Shown in pieces: positions 40,676-50,467 of a stretch of DNA of 64,000 nt. The number at the start of each line of letters is the position of its first letter. Within the stretch, counting starts at the first letter, position 1. The notes beneath the pieces are model-generated. The model saw only the letters and a list, made by a program, of their open reading frames with translations. It searched no databases and was not told the origin of the DNA. A program made the position numbers and the translations under genes. Origin of the DNA: an uncultured Pelagibacteraceae bacterium (GTDB lineage: Bacteria; Pseudomonadota; Alphaproteobacteria; Pelagibacterales; Pelagibacteraceae); NCBI GenBank assembly GCA_902635665.1, contig CACPOX010000004.1:5616-69615 (forward strand). The letters are read 5' to 3'.

Positions 40676-41334
40676 AAAAAATTTTTTTTAAGAGAATTTC
40701 TTAAATAAATTTCATGATTTTCTATTTCTGCGTCTGTTGGTTTAACTACTCCTTTAAAATACGATTTTATAATTTTTTTTTTTTCATAAATTTGTTTTTC
40801 ATTTATTTGAAAGTTTAAAGTTGGTTCTTTTTGATCAATTAGATTGATATAAACTTTCACTAGTAATTCACAATCTATAAGAGCTGTATGATGCACTCTT
40901 CTAGAATTATCAATTCTATATCTTTTGCAAAGTGCATCTAAATTTGCGGATGAACCTGGAAATTTTTCTCTGGCCAGGGATAATGTATCTACAATTTCAT
41001 TTTTAATGTTTTTTTTTCCTAATAAAGAAAGTTCATTATTTATGTGAGCCAAATCAAACTCAGCGTTATGAATGACCAATCTTTTATCTTTAATAAATTC
41101 AAGAAACTCATCACTAATTTCGTTAAATTTTTTTTTATTTGATAAGAAATTATCAGTATAACCGTGAATCTGTAAGGCTTTTTCTGAAACTTTTCTTTCT
41201 GGGTTCAGATAACAATGAAACTGTTTTTTAGTTGGTATTAAATTATCTAATTCTATACACCCAATTTCCACAATTCTGTGTCCTTCTTCTACTGATATCC
41301 CTGTAGTTTCTGTGTCTAAAACTATTTCTTTCAT
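40672..41334 (-). CDS. dnaQ: DNA polymerase III epsilon subunit
   Basis: LDTETTG, HNAEFD, LDALC and HTALID exonuclease motifs. Confidence 0.95.
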   Translation of the reverse strand: MKEIVLDTETTGISVEEGHRIVEIGCIELDNLIPTKKQFHCYLNPERKVSEKALQIHGYTDNFLSNKKKFNEISDEFLEFIKDKRLVIHNAEFDLAHINNELSLLGKKNIKNEIVDTLSLAREKFPGSSANLDALCKRYRIDNSRRVHHTALIDCELLVKVYINLIDQKEPTLNFQINEKQIYEKKKIIKSYFKGVVKPTDAEIENHEIYLRNSLKKNFF

Positions 41335-41903
41335 TTAAGAATTTTGCTTAAAATTAATTTTATACTTTTTTTTAAAGATTTTTTAGTAAAATCATTTTTG
41401 ATAATAAAATGAGATTTATTTTTTTTATAATCAAGTGGAAGTTGAATATTTTTAAATTTTTTAAGAATTTTGCTATTAAAATTTTCTCTTTTTTTTAACC
41501 TTTTTAAAATTTCCAGCTTCTTTGATTGTACAAAAATTAATATATCTTTCTTGTCATTAATCTTATTTTCCAAAAGTAAAGGAATATCTAAAATTACCAT
41601 TTTTTTATTTTTATTTTTTTTAATAAATAATTTCATTTTGTTTTGAATTTCTGGATGAACAATTTTAATTATTTTTTTTAAGTTTAAATTATTTGAAAGT
41701 ATGGCTTTAGAAATTTCTTTTTTTTTAATTGGAAAAGAAAATATATAATCTGGAAGTTTTTTTCTTAATTTAATAAAAACTTTTTTTTCTTTTTGATATA
41801 ATTTTGATACTTCATCATCTGCATTGAATACTGGATAACCAAATGACCTGGCTACAAAGCTTTTTCCAGATCCTATATCTCCTAAAATGCAAATTCTAAT
41901 CAT
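41331..41903 (-). CDS. coaE: dephospho-CoA kinase
   Basis: GDIGSGKS P-loop, IVHP and DIPLLLE motifs. Confidence 0.9.
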   Translation of the reverse strand: MIRICILGDIGSGKSFVARSFGYPVFNADDEVSKLYQKEKKVFIKLRKKLPDYIFSFPIKKKEISKAILSNNLNLKKIIKIVHPEIQNKMKLFIKKNKNKKMVILDIPLLLENKINDKKDILIFVQSKKLEILKRLKKRENFNSKILKKFKNIQLPLDYKKNKSHFIIKNDFTKKSLKKSIKLILSKILK

Positions 41904-42693
41904 TATCTAAAAGCTTAAAAATGTCTGTATTAACTTTTGGTTCTATCTTGTGCCATAATTTAAATGCCTCTAGGGCCTGGTAAACAAACATAGTTTTTCC
42001 ATTTTCTGCCATATGTCCTAATTGTTTTCCAATTTTCAGAAAATTAGTTTCATGAGGATTATAAATTACGTCGTAAAATAATTTATTATTTCCTAAACTT
42101 GAAAAATCTAAATTTATTGTTTCATTATTTAAACCAAGACTTGTAGCATTTATTACCATATCAAAATCAGTTAAATTTCCCCATTCTAAAATTTTGAGAT
42201 TATTAAATAAAGCTCTCATATTTTCTGCTTTCTCTCTTGTTCTATTGCTAATTCTTATCTCTTGAACATGCATATTTTTTAAGGCAAAAATTATTGAAGG
42301 AACTACACCGCCAGCACCTAAAATTAAAACTTTTTTACCTTTTATGCTAAAATTTAATTTTTTAATTGCAGTATCAAAACCGGCTATATCTGTATTATGG
42401 CCAACTAAATCACCATTATCAAAAGTAATTGTGTTTACTGATTGGGTCTGCTCTGCCTCTAGACTTAATTTGTCTAAAAAAGGGATAATAGTTTGTTTGA
42501 AAGGGACAGTCACATTACAACCAGCTATTTTTTGTTCCTTGATATCTTGTATGAAATTTTTAAGTTCATGATTCTCAAGTTTAATTTTATCATATGTGGC
42601 ATCAATATTATTTTTTTTGAACCAATAATTATGAAGTTTGGGTGATAAAGAATGATCAATAGGATTACCAATTACAGAATATTTTTTCATCAC
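41896..42693 (-). CDS. aroE: shikimate dehydrogenase
   Basis: GNPIDHSLSP, NVTVPFK, NTD, GAGG and DVIYNP motifs. Confidence 0.96.
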   Translation of the reverse strand: MMKKYSVIGNPIDHSLSPKLHNYWFKKNNIDATYDKIKLENHELKNFIQDIKEQKIAGCNVTVPFKQTIIPFLDKLSLEAEQTQSVNTITFDNGDLVGHNTDIAGFDTAIKKLNFSIKGKKVLILGAGGVVPSIIFALKNMHVQEIRISNRTREKAENMRALFNNLKILEWGNLTDFDMVINATSLGLNNETINLDFSSLGNNKLFYDVIYNPHETNFLKIGKQLGHMAENGKTMFVYQALEAFKLWHKIEPKVNTDIFKLLDND

Positions 42694-43274
42694 AATGAGT
42701 TTATGTATTCCTTAATTTTTAAAACAGGTAACCCCATAATTGTATCCTCATCGCCTTCTATGCTTGCAAACAAACTTCTCCCCTCGCCCTCTATTTGGTA
42801 GACATTATATGCATAAAGAATTTTATCGGATATTTTAGATAAATAATTTTTTAATTCATCATCAGTAAAATTTTTCATAGTTAGTTTTGCCTTTTCAGTA
42901 TAGTTCCAAATCATAGATCCATTTTTTGATATACAAACAGAACTAATTAAAAAATGTGATTTACCGTTAAGTTTAATTAATATTTTCAATGCCTCTTCTC
43001 TGCTTTCTGGCTTAGATATTAATTCACCGTCTAAATCTATTACACTGTCTGCTCCCAGTACTATTGCATCATTTTTTTTCATGCTAACTTTGTTTGCCTT
43101 TAATTCTGCTAAATTTTTTGAAATTATTTCTGGGCTTGCCTTTTCTTTTAACAAGCTTGCTTTAACAATGTCTTCATCTACATTTGATTGTTCAACCACA
43201 CTCTCAATGTTGTTCTTGTCTAAAATTTCTTTTCTAACTTTACTTTTAGATGCAAGGATAATTTTACTCGGCAT
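42690..43274 (-). CDS. maf: Maf family nucleoside triphosphate pyrophosphatase
   Basis: ILASKS..R, KA, GADS, KP, YQIEG and IMGLP motifs. Confidence 0.9.
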   Translation of the reverse strand: MPSKIILASKSKVRKEILDKNNIESVVEQSNVDEDIVKASLLKEKASPEIISKNLAELKANKVSMKKNDAIVLGADSVIDLDGELISKPESREEALKILIKLNGKSHFLISSVCISKNGSMIWNYTEKAKLTMKNFTDDELKNYLSKISDKILYAYNVYQIEGEGRSLFASIEGDEDTIMGLPVLKIKEYINSL

Positions 43275-44091
43275 TACTTAAATATATTTCATGAATTTTT
43301 ATAATCGATGCCGCTGTTTCTTCAACAGACTTTCTTGTTACATCAATTAATGGCCATCTATATTTTTGAAACGTCCTTTTGGCTTCTAGGACTTCTTTTT
43401 TAACATTGTCTAAGTCTGTATATTGAATGTTTTCTGTTTCTCTTAAAGAATTCATTCTATTTTTTCTTAAATCGACCAGTCTTTCTGGCTCTGTGCTTAA
43501 TCCTATTACACAAGTCATTTTAGGATTTTTTTTAAGAGCTTCGGGCAATGAACTTTCATTTACCAAAGGAATGTTTGATGTTTTAAATCCTTTGTTAGCT
43601 AAATAAATTGATGTGGGTGTTTTACTTGTTCTGCTAACACCCACAAGAATAATATCTGATTTGTGCACTTCATTTATTAAATTTCCGTCATCATGGTTCA
43701 TTGTAAATTGAATTGCTTCAATTCTATCATAATATTCTTCATTTAATATATGCTGTCCACTTGGTTCGTGCGTTGCTTTTTGATTTAAAATTTTAGAAAA
43801 ATTTAAAATTAAATTACCAAGTACACCAAAACAAGGAATTTTCTTGTCTTCGCTTACGTTTGCTAGATACTTCGCTAAATTATTATCTACAATAGTATAT
43901 AAAATTATTGAATTTTTGTTTTTCTCTGCATCATCAAGTATTTTTAAAATTTGATTTTCTGTTCTAGTAAAAGAATATGAATGTACCTTGTATTCAATAT
44001 TTAAAAATTGTGCTTTAAGTGCTAAAAAAATTCTATCTAATGTCTCACCAGTTGAATCTGATATTAAATATATTTGGTATGTATTAGCCAT
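43264..44091 (-). CDS. PEP synthase/PPDK regulatory kinase-pyrophosphorylase (DUF299)
   Basis: ISDSTGET, HDDG, GVSRTSKTPTSIYLA and SVEETA motifs. Confidence 0.92.
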   Translation of the reverse strand: MANTYQIYLISDSTGETLDRIFLALKAQFLNIEYKVHSYSFTRTENQILKILDDAEKNKNSIILYTIVDNNLAKYLANVSEDKKIPCFGVLGNLILNFSKILNQKATHEPSGQHILNEEYYDRIEAIQFTMNHDDGNLINEVHKSDIILVGVSRTSKTPTSIYLANKGFKTSNIPLVNESSLPEALKKNPKMTCVIGLSTEPERLVDLRKNRMNSLRETENIQYTDLDNVKKEVLEAKRTFQKYRWPLIDVTRKSVEETAASIIKIHEIYLSNAE

Positions 44092-44358
44092 GAGTAACTT
44101 GTTAATAAATTTGTACTGTTTCGGTTAAATAATACAATTTTAAATTTTTTAAATTAAGCTTGTAAAATCTGTTATTTATTAACATTAATAATAAATAGGT
44201 TAAAACAATCCACAAAAAATAACATGATTAAAAAAGCTTCATTTTAAACAATTTTATTCTTTTATGATGTTGGTAAATTGTGAATATAATGTTTATAAAT
44301 ATTAATCATCTTTATTCACAGGATATATTACAACTACTATAATTTATAAAGCTTTAAT
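44092..44358. other. probable chromosomal replication origin (oriC)
   Basis: Largest AT-rich spacer in the window, between DUF299 and hemE (known alphaproteobacterial oriC position). DnaA-box matches: TTATTCACA 44312-44320, TGTGAATAT 44279-44287, TGTTTATAA 44290-44298, TTATTAACA 44176-44184, TGTTAATAA 44100-44108, CAATCCACA 44206-44214. Gene orientation diverges here; parS/parAB lie about 8 kb away. Confidence 0.85.
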
Positions 44359-45360
44359 ATGAAACCATTGCACAGAATATTAGTTAACAAAGATACTTCT
44401 TTTAATCCCATATGGATCATGAGACAAGCAGGAAGATACCTACCAGAATTCAGGGAAATTAGAAAAGAAAATCCTAATTTTATTAATCTGTGTTTAAATG
44501 AGGATTTGTCTTCAGAAATAACTTTACAACCTTTAAGAAGATTTGATCTGGACGCTGCAATAATATTTTCAGATATCTTAATGCTTCCACATGGATTAGG
44601 TCAAAAAGTAGAGTTTGAAAAAAACTTTGGACCTAAGCTGAGAGAATTTAATTTAAAAGAAATTACTAAGATTGATGAAATTGATTTCGTAGAAAAAATA
44701 CATCGCGTATATAAAGTAATAGAAAAAGTAAGTTCAGATCCAATTTTAAAAAACAAAAATACTATTGGATTTGTTGGTGCTCCATGGACATTATTGGTAT
44801 ATATGATTAATCAACAGTCTCCTAAAAAAAGTTTAAAAAAAGGTTTTTTTGAAGATGAATTTTTAATTAATAGAATTTTATTAATAATAGAGAAATTTTT
44901 AAAAATTCACATTAAGAAACAAGTAGAAAGCGGAGCAAACATCATTCAAATTTTTGATAGCTGGGCAGGTTTGTTAGAAGAAAAAGATTTACCAAACTAC
45001 GTTTATACTCCAACTTTAAATTTAGTTAATTATGTCAAATCTTTAAATGTACCAGTTATATGTTTTCCTAGAGAAGTAAAAAATTATAAAGAGTTTTGTG
45101 ATATTGTTAAACCTGATGCTGTCAGCATTGATTATAATGTTGATCCAAAAATGATACTTAAAGATATAAAAATACCTATACAGGGAGGTTTAGATCCAAA
45201 AATTCTTTTATCTGATTACGAAAATTTGAAACAAGAAGCTTCAAAATATTTGGATATTTTTAAAGATCATCCATATATCTTTAATCTTGGTCATGGTATT
45301 TTGCCCGAGACCAATCCAGAAATGGTAGAAAATTTAATAAAAATTGTAAAAAATTACTAA
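44359..45360 (+). CDS. hemE: uroporphyrinogen decarboxylase
   Basis: WIMRQAGRYLPE, FSDIL, FDSW and FNLGHG motifs. Confidence 0.96.
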   Translation: MKPLHRILVNKDTSFNPIWIMRQAGRYLPEFREIRKENPNFINLCLNEDLSSEITLQPLRRFDLDAAIIFSDILMLPHGLGQKVEFEKNFGPKLREFNLKEITKIDEIDFVEKIHRVYKVIEKVSSDPILKNKNTIGFVGAPWTLLVYMINQQSPKKSLKKGFFEDEFLINRILLIIEKFLKIHIKKQVESGANIIQIFDSWAGLLEEKDLPNYVYTPTLNLVNYVKSLNVPVICFPREVKNYKEFCDIVKPDAVSIDYNVDPKMILKDIKIPIQGGLDPKILLSDYENLKQEASKYLDIFKDHPYIFNLGHGILPETNPEMVENLIKIVKNY

Positions 45361-46356
45361 ATGATTGATAAAAATCATCCCCCTATAAAATATGGTAAAA
45401 CAGGCGTTCTTATAATTAATTTAGGAACACCCGACTCTACTAGTTGGTTTGATATAAGAAAATACTTAAGAGAATTTCTTTCTGACAGAAGAGTTATCGA
45501 AGTAAATCCAATAATTTGGCAAATAATTCTAAATTTATTTATTTTGAATTTTAGACCTTCTAAAACTGCTAAAGCTTATAAAGAAATTTGGATGAAAGAT
45601 GAAAATATTTCCCCACTTCTCTATTATACGAAAAAGCAAAGTGAAAAAATTTCTCATTCAATATCAAGAGAAAATATTATTATAGATTTTGCAATGAGGT
45701 ATGGAAATCCAAGTATTAAAAGTAAAATTTATAAATTACACAAAATGGGTTGTGAAAATTTAGTGATACTTCCTCTTTATCCACAGTATGCGGCAGCTAC
45801 AACAGCAACTGTTTGCGACGAAGTTTACAGAACTTTAATGAAAATGAGATGGCAACCTTCTTTAAGAATAATACCACATTATGAATCCGATTCCCTTTAC
45901 ATTGATGCACTTGTAAATTCCATTAATAAAAAAATAAATGAAATAAATTGGAAGCCCGACTTAATAATAGCCTCTTATCACGGAATACCAAAAAAATATT
46001 TTGATAGAGGAGATCCTTATCATTGTTATTGTCATAAAACTACAAGACTTATTTCAGAAAAGTTTGATTCAATTAAAATTAAAACTACATTTCAATCAAG
46101 ATTTGGTCCTCAAGAGTGGCTTCAACCATATACTGACAAGACCTTAGAAAATTTACCTAAAGAAGGAGTTAAAAATGTTCTTACAATTTGCCCAGGTTTT
46201 TCATCTGATTGTGTCGAGACTCTGGAAGAAATCTTAATCCAAGGCAAAGATAGCTTTGTTGGTGCTGGAGGAGAAAATTTTGATATGGTTCCTTGTTTAA
46301 ATGATAATGATGATCATGTCCTTTTATTGAAATCTTTAATTGAAAGAAATATTTAA
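45361..46356 (+). CDS. hemH: ferrochelatase
   Basis: NLGTP, MRYGNP, LPLYPQY, SYHG and DCVETLEE motifs. Confidence 0.96.
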   Translation: MIDKNHPPIKYGKTGVLIINLGTPDSTSWFDIRKYLREFLSDRRVIEVNPIIWQIILNLFILNFRPSKTAKAYKEIWMKDENISPLLYYTKKQSEKISHSISRENIIIDFAMRYGNPSIKSKIYKLHKMGCENLVILPLYPQYAAATTATVCDEVYRTLMKMRWQPSLRIIPHYESDSLYIDALVNSINKKINEINWKPDLIIASYHGIPKKYFDRGDPYHCYCHKTTRLISEKFDSIKIKTTFQSRFGPQEWLQPYTDKTLENLPKEGVKNVLTICPGFSSDCVETLEEILIQGKDSFVGAGGENFDMVPCLNDNDDHVLLLKSLIERNI

Positions 46357-46359
46357 TCA

Positions 46360-46794
46360 ATGAACATGTACTTATTATTTAAATCTTTGCATTTAATTGC
46401 TGTCATTGCTTGGATGGCTGGTCTCTTATATCTGCCAAGAATTTTTGTTTATCACGTTGAGAATAAACAAAAAAAAGAAACAACAGATGTTTTTGAAGTT
46501 ATGGAAAGAAGGTTGTTTTATTACATTATGCGGCCCGCAATGATTTTTACTTGGGTTTTTGGACTAGTATTAATCTATCTAAATGGGATTGAGGTCTTTT
46601 CTCAATTATGGCTTCAAATAAAAATTGTCCTGATAATCTTGTTGTCAGCTTACAATGATTATTTAGGGAAATGTCTTAATGCCTTGAAGAGTTCTACAAA
46701 CACAAGATCTGCAAGATTTTTTAGGATTATTAACGAAATACCAACGGTAATTTTAATTATTATTGTATTTTTGGCTATTTTTAAGCCGATCTAG
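46360..46794 (+). CDS. hemJ: protoporphyrinogen oxidase HemJ
   Basis: KSLH...[15 protein letters not shown] and RIINEIPT motifs. Confidence 0.93.
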   Translation: MNMYLLFKSLHLIAVIAWMAGLLYLPRIFVYHVENKQKKETTDVFEVMERRLFYYIMRPAMIFTWVFGLVLIYLNGIEVFSQLWLQIKIVLIILLSAYNDYLGKCLNALKSSTNTRSARFFRIINEIPTVILIIIVFLAIFKPI

Positions 46795-46858
46795 GGTTGA
46801 AATAACAATTATAGCATATATATTAATAGTATCTGATAAGTCCTTATCAAAAAAAATC

Positions 46859-48127
46859 ATGAATATACAAGAATTAAAACTAAAATCATCTGAACAACTT
46901 ATTACACAAGCCGAAGAGCTTGGCATAGAAAATGCTAGTACACTTAGAAAACAAGAAATTCTTTTTGCAATTCTAAAAAAAGTTGCTGAAAAAGAAGAAA
47001 TTACTGGTGTGGGTGTTTTACAGTTATTACAAGATGGTTTTGGTTTTTTAAGAGCAATGGAGTCAAATTATCTTCCAGGACCAGATGATATATATGTAAG
47101 CCCAAGTCAAATTAGAAAATTTGGTTTAAGAACTGGAGATACCGTTGAAGGACCTGTAAGAGCCCCCAAAGAAGGCGAAAGATATTTTGCGTTATTGCAA
47201 GTTAGTAAAATAAATTTTGAAGAGCCAGAAAAAGCAAGACATAAAATTGCATTTGACAACTTAACACCGTTATATCCAGATAAACAGTTAGTGATGGAAG
47301 TTGAAACCACAAAAGTTGAAAAAAAACAAGATTTAACTCCAAGACTTATTGATCTAGTCAGCCCAATCGGCAAAGGACAAAGATCTATAATTATTTCTCC
47401 ACCAAAAGCGGGGAAAACAATGATTTTGCAAAGCATAGCAAACTCAATAGCTAAAAATTATCCTGAATGTTATCTTATGGTATTGCTGATTGATGAACGT
47501 CCAGAAGAGGTAACAGATATGCAAAGAACCGTTAAAGGTGAAGTAATTAGCTCTACATTTGATGAACCAGCTCAACGACACGTAGCAGTAGCTGAAATGG
47601 TTATTGAAAAAGCTAAAAGATTAACTGAACATAAAAAAGATGTTATTATATTGTTAGATTCTATAACAAGACTAGGAAGAGCATATAACGCAGTTATACC
47701 AAGCTCAGGTAAGGTTCTAACAGGAGGTGTTGATGCAAATGCACTTCAGAGACCCAAAAGATTTTTTGGTGCAGCAAGAAATATTGAAGAAGGTGGTTCG
47801 TTAACAATAATTTCTACAGCCTTAATTGATACAGGAAGCAGAATGGATGAAGTAATTTTTGAAGAATTTAAAGGAACAGGTAATAGCGAAACAATATTAG
47901 ATAGAAAAATCGCAGACAAAAGAATTTATCCTGCAATAGATATCACTAAATCAGGAACTAGAAGAGAAGAATTATTATTTGATAAAAATGATCTTCAGAA
48001 AATGAATGTATTAAGAAGAATTATTGCTCCAATGGGCACGATGGATGCAATTGAATTTATTAATTCAAAATTAAAAGACACCAAAAATAATGCTGAGTTT
48101 TTTAATTCTATGAACAAACCAGCTTAA
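46859..48127 (+). CDS. rho: transcription termination factor Rho
   Basis: DGFGFLR, PIGKGQR, PPKAGKT, LLDSITR and EEFKGTGN motifs; start revised to ATG 46859. Confidence 0.97.
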   Translation: MNIQELKLKSSEQLITQAEELGIENASTLRKQEILFAILKKVAEKEEITGVGVLQLLQDGFGFLRAMESNYLPGPDDIYVSPSQIRKFGLRTGDTVEGPVRAPKEGERYFALLQVSKINFEEPEKARHKIAFDNLTPLYPDKQLVMEVETTKVEKKQDLTPRLIDLVSPIGKGQRSIIISPPKAGKTMILQSIANSIAKNYPECYLMVLLIDERPEEVTDMQRTVKGEVISSTFDEPAQRHVAVAEMVIEKAKRLTEHKKDVIILLDSITRLGRAYNAVIPSSGKVLTGGVDANALQRPKRFFGAARNIEEGGSLTIISTALIDTGSRMDEVIFEEFKGTGNSETILDRKIADKRIYPAIDITKSGTRREELLFDKNDLQKMNVLRRIIAPMGTMDAIEFINSKLKDTKNNAEFFNSMNKPA

Positions 48128-48128
48128 T

Positions 48129-48983
48129 TTACTCTATATATTTAAGTTCCTTCATCTCACTTTCAAATATTTTTTCTACTTTTAAAATAGTTTTATTATC
48201 TAATATTTTTTTCCAATCATTTTTTGGACCTAAATGAAAAAATTTTTTTCTTAAACCATTTTTATCAAGAGGAGCTTCTTTAAATCCTTGTTCATTTTCG
48301 ATATTTTGTAAATTATTAAAATTACATTTCTCAATAGCATTTAAAATTTTATTTTTTTCAAAATTAAAATTTCCTATTTTATTTAAAAAATCTGATATTT
48401 TATTAAATTCTGTAATTGGATCATTCAACATTTTTTCATAATAAATAAGTAAATTATTTTTTTTAAATTTTTTCCAAGAATTGTAGTGGTTTGCCCAAGA
48501 GGAAATTATCGTTAAAATTTTTTCATCTTTTAGGCTTTCGTCCCAAATTTGTTGGGCAGAATTATTCATAAATTCTAAGGCATCTGAATAACTTTCTTTA
48601 CTAAAATGGTTTAGTATAGAAGTAATTATATTTCTAGGATCTCTTACAATGTGTATAACTCCCAACGTATTCTCTTCATTCGTAAATTGGGTGTTATAGG
48701 CTTTCCAACAAGCGCTATGAGTTTTTAAAAATTTTATTTTATTGTCTAAATTTACTTTATTTTGCGCATTAATACAGTTTTTTGATATTTCTTTTAAACC
48801 TTCTAGGCTATTAAACAAGTTGTGTGACTCATCGATTAATCCACTAAAATGATATTTTTGTGGAAATTGAGTGATTTTAAGATTGTTTATATCTAAATTT
48901 TGCTGGTTGAATAATAGTGATTCTAAAAATAATCTTACCCATGTATTTCCACTTTTAGGATATGAAGCTAGCCAAATAATCAT
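48129..48983 (-). CDS. sulfotransferase domain protein
   Basis: WLASYPKSGNTW (5'-PSB), KTH, VRDPRN..S (3'-PB) and FF.LG...DW motifs. Confidence 0.9.
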   Translation of the reverse strand: MIIWLASYPKSGNTWVRLFLESLLFNQQNLDINNLKITQFPQKYHFSGLIDESHNLFNSLEGLKEISKNCINAQNKVNLDNKIKFLKTHSACWKAYNTQFTNEENTLGVIHIVRDPRNIITSILNHFSKESYSDALEFMNNSAQQIWDESLKDEKILTIISSWANHYNSWKKFKKNNLLIYYEKMLNDPITEFNKISDFLNKIGNFNFEKNKILNAIEKCNFNNLQNIENEQGFKEAPLDKNGLRKKFFHLGPKNDWKKILDNKTILKVEKIFESEMKELKYIE

Positions 48984-49018
48984 ATAATAAGAAATTATAT
49001 TTTATATACCAAAATACT

Positions 49019-50350
49019 ATGACAATCTTTGCTTTATCTTCAGGTTCAGGAATTTCCGGAATAGCAATAATTAGAATTTCGGGCGAAGAAACCGCCAAAG
49101 TTTTAAGACATCTTACAGGCAAAGAACTTCCAAGACCAAGAATTGCAACACTGAGAAAAATCAATAAAATTAACACTTCTGAGCTGATTGATGAAAGTAT
49201 AGTGATATGGTTTCCTGGACCAGAGAGCTACACAGGCGAAGATATGGCTGAGATACAAGTTCACGGGAGTATAGCAGTTGTTGAAGCTATACATTCCTCT
49301 ATTTCAAATATTGAAAATTGTAGATTAGCTGAGCCTGGTGAATTTACAAAACTTGCATTTCAAAATGGAAAAATAAATTTGCTTAAAGCTGAAAGCATTG
49401 CTGATTTAATTTCTTCTGAAACAGAAATACAAAGGCAACAAGCAATAAAAATCATGAATGGAAAATCATCTGATCAATTTAATTTTCTTAGAGAAAAACT
49501 TTTAAAAATTTTATCACATGTTGAGGCAAAAATTGATTTTCCAGAGGAAGATCTGCCTAATAATATTTTAGATGAAATTAAAAACAGTTCAGATGAAGTA
49601 ATAAATAAAATTAAAAAAATATTAAACGACCAAAAAGTTGGAGAAAGAATTAGAGAAGGTTTTAAAATTGCCATTCTAGGACCAACTAATGCTGGCAAAT
49701 CTAGCTTGATGAATCACTTATCTAATCGTGATGTTGCAATCGTTTCTGAAATTGCAGGTACAACTAGAGACGTGATTGAAACCCATTTAAATATAGACGG
49801 TTATCCAGTTATAATCTCTGATACAGCCGGAATAAGGGATTCTCAAGATGAGATAGAAAAAAAAGGAATTAAATTATCTCTAAATAGAGCTGAAGAAGCA
49901 GATCTAAAGCTTGTTGTTGTTGATGCAAAAAGCCTTGATTTTACTGATGTTTTGAAGGGTTTATTAGATGATAATGCAATTTTAGTTATTAATAAATCTG
50001 ATCTTTTAGAAAAAGATATTGATCTAGAAATTAAAAAAACAAATCATGTTTTAATTTCGATTAAAGAAAATAAAAACATTGAAGAATTAATATTAAAAAT
50101 AAAAAATAATTTAAAAAATAAATTTCTTACAAGTGATGATATTTTAATTACAAGAGAGAGGCACAGGCAACATTTGCAACAGTGTTTGGATTATCTAAAT
50201 AACTTTAATCAAAAAAAAGAAATCGAAGATTTTGATAAAGCTGCAGAAGATTTAAGATTAGCTACTAGACATTTAGGCATGATTGTTGGAAAAGTTGATG
50301 TAGAGGAGATATTAGGTAGTATTTTCAATGATTTTTGTATCGGCAAGTAA
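49019..50350 (+). CDS. mnmE: tRNA modification GTPase MnmE
   Basis: GPTNAGKSS, GTTRD, DTAG, NKSD and FCIGK motifs. Confidence 0.97.
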   Translation: MTIFALSSGSGISGIAIIRISGEETAKVLRHLTGKELPRPRIATLRKINKINTSELIDESIVIWFPGPESYTGEDMAEIQVHGSIAVVEAIHSSISNIENCRLAEPGEFTKLAFQNGKINLLKAESIADLISSETEIQRQQAIKIMNGKSSDQFNFLREKLLKILSHVEAKIDFPEEDLPNNILDEIKNSSDEVINKIKKILNDQKVGERIREGFKIAILGPTNAGKSSLMNHLSNRDVAIVSEIAGTTRDVIETHLNIDGYPVIISDTAGIRDSQDEIEKKGIKLSLNRAEEADLKLVVVDAKSLDFTDVLKGLLDDNAILVINKSDLLEKDIDLEIKKTNHVLISIKENKNIEELILKIKNNLKNKFLTSDDILITRERHRQHLQQCLDYLNNFNQKKEIEDFDKAAEDLRLATRHLGMIVGKVDVEEILGSIFNDFCIGK

Positions 50351-50467
50351 TACCACATTTTGTTGGTTTTTTTCACTTTTTTTATCAAAAAACGTTGATA
50401 AATAGGGCTTATTTACAAAAAATTAAGCCTATCTTGTAAATTATATAATCACATATAGATTTGGATT

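Noticed and set aside
44092-44358. CtrA boxes or a riboswitch/ncRNA in the origin spacer
   Set aside because: I found no exact TTAA-N7-TTAA spacing in the part I checked, and no GC-containing stems or aptamer motifs I could recognise
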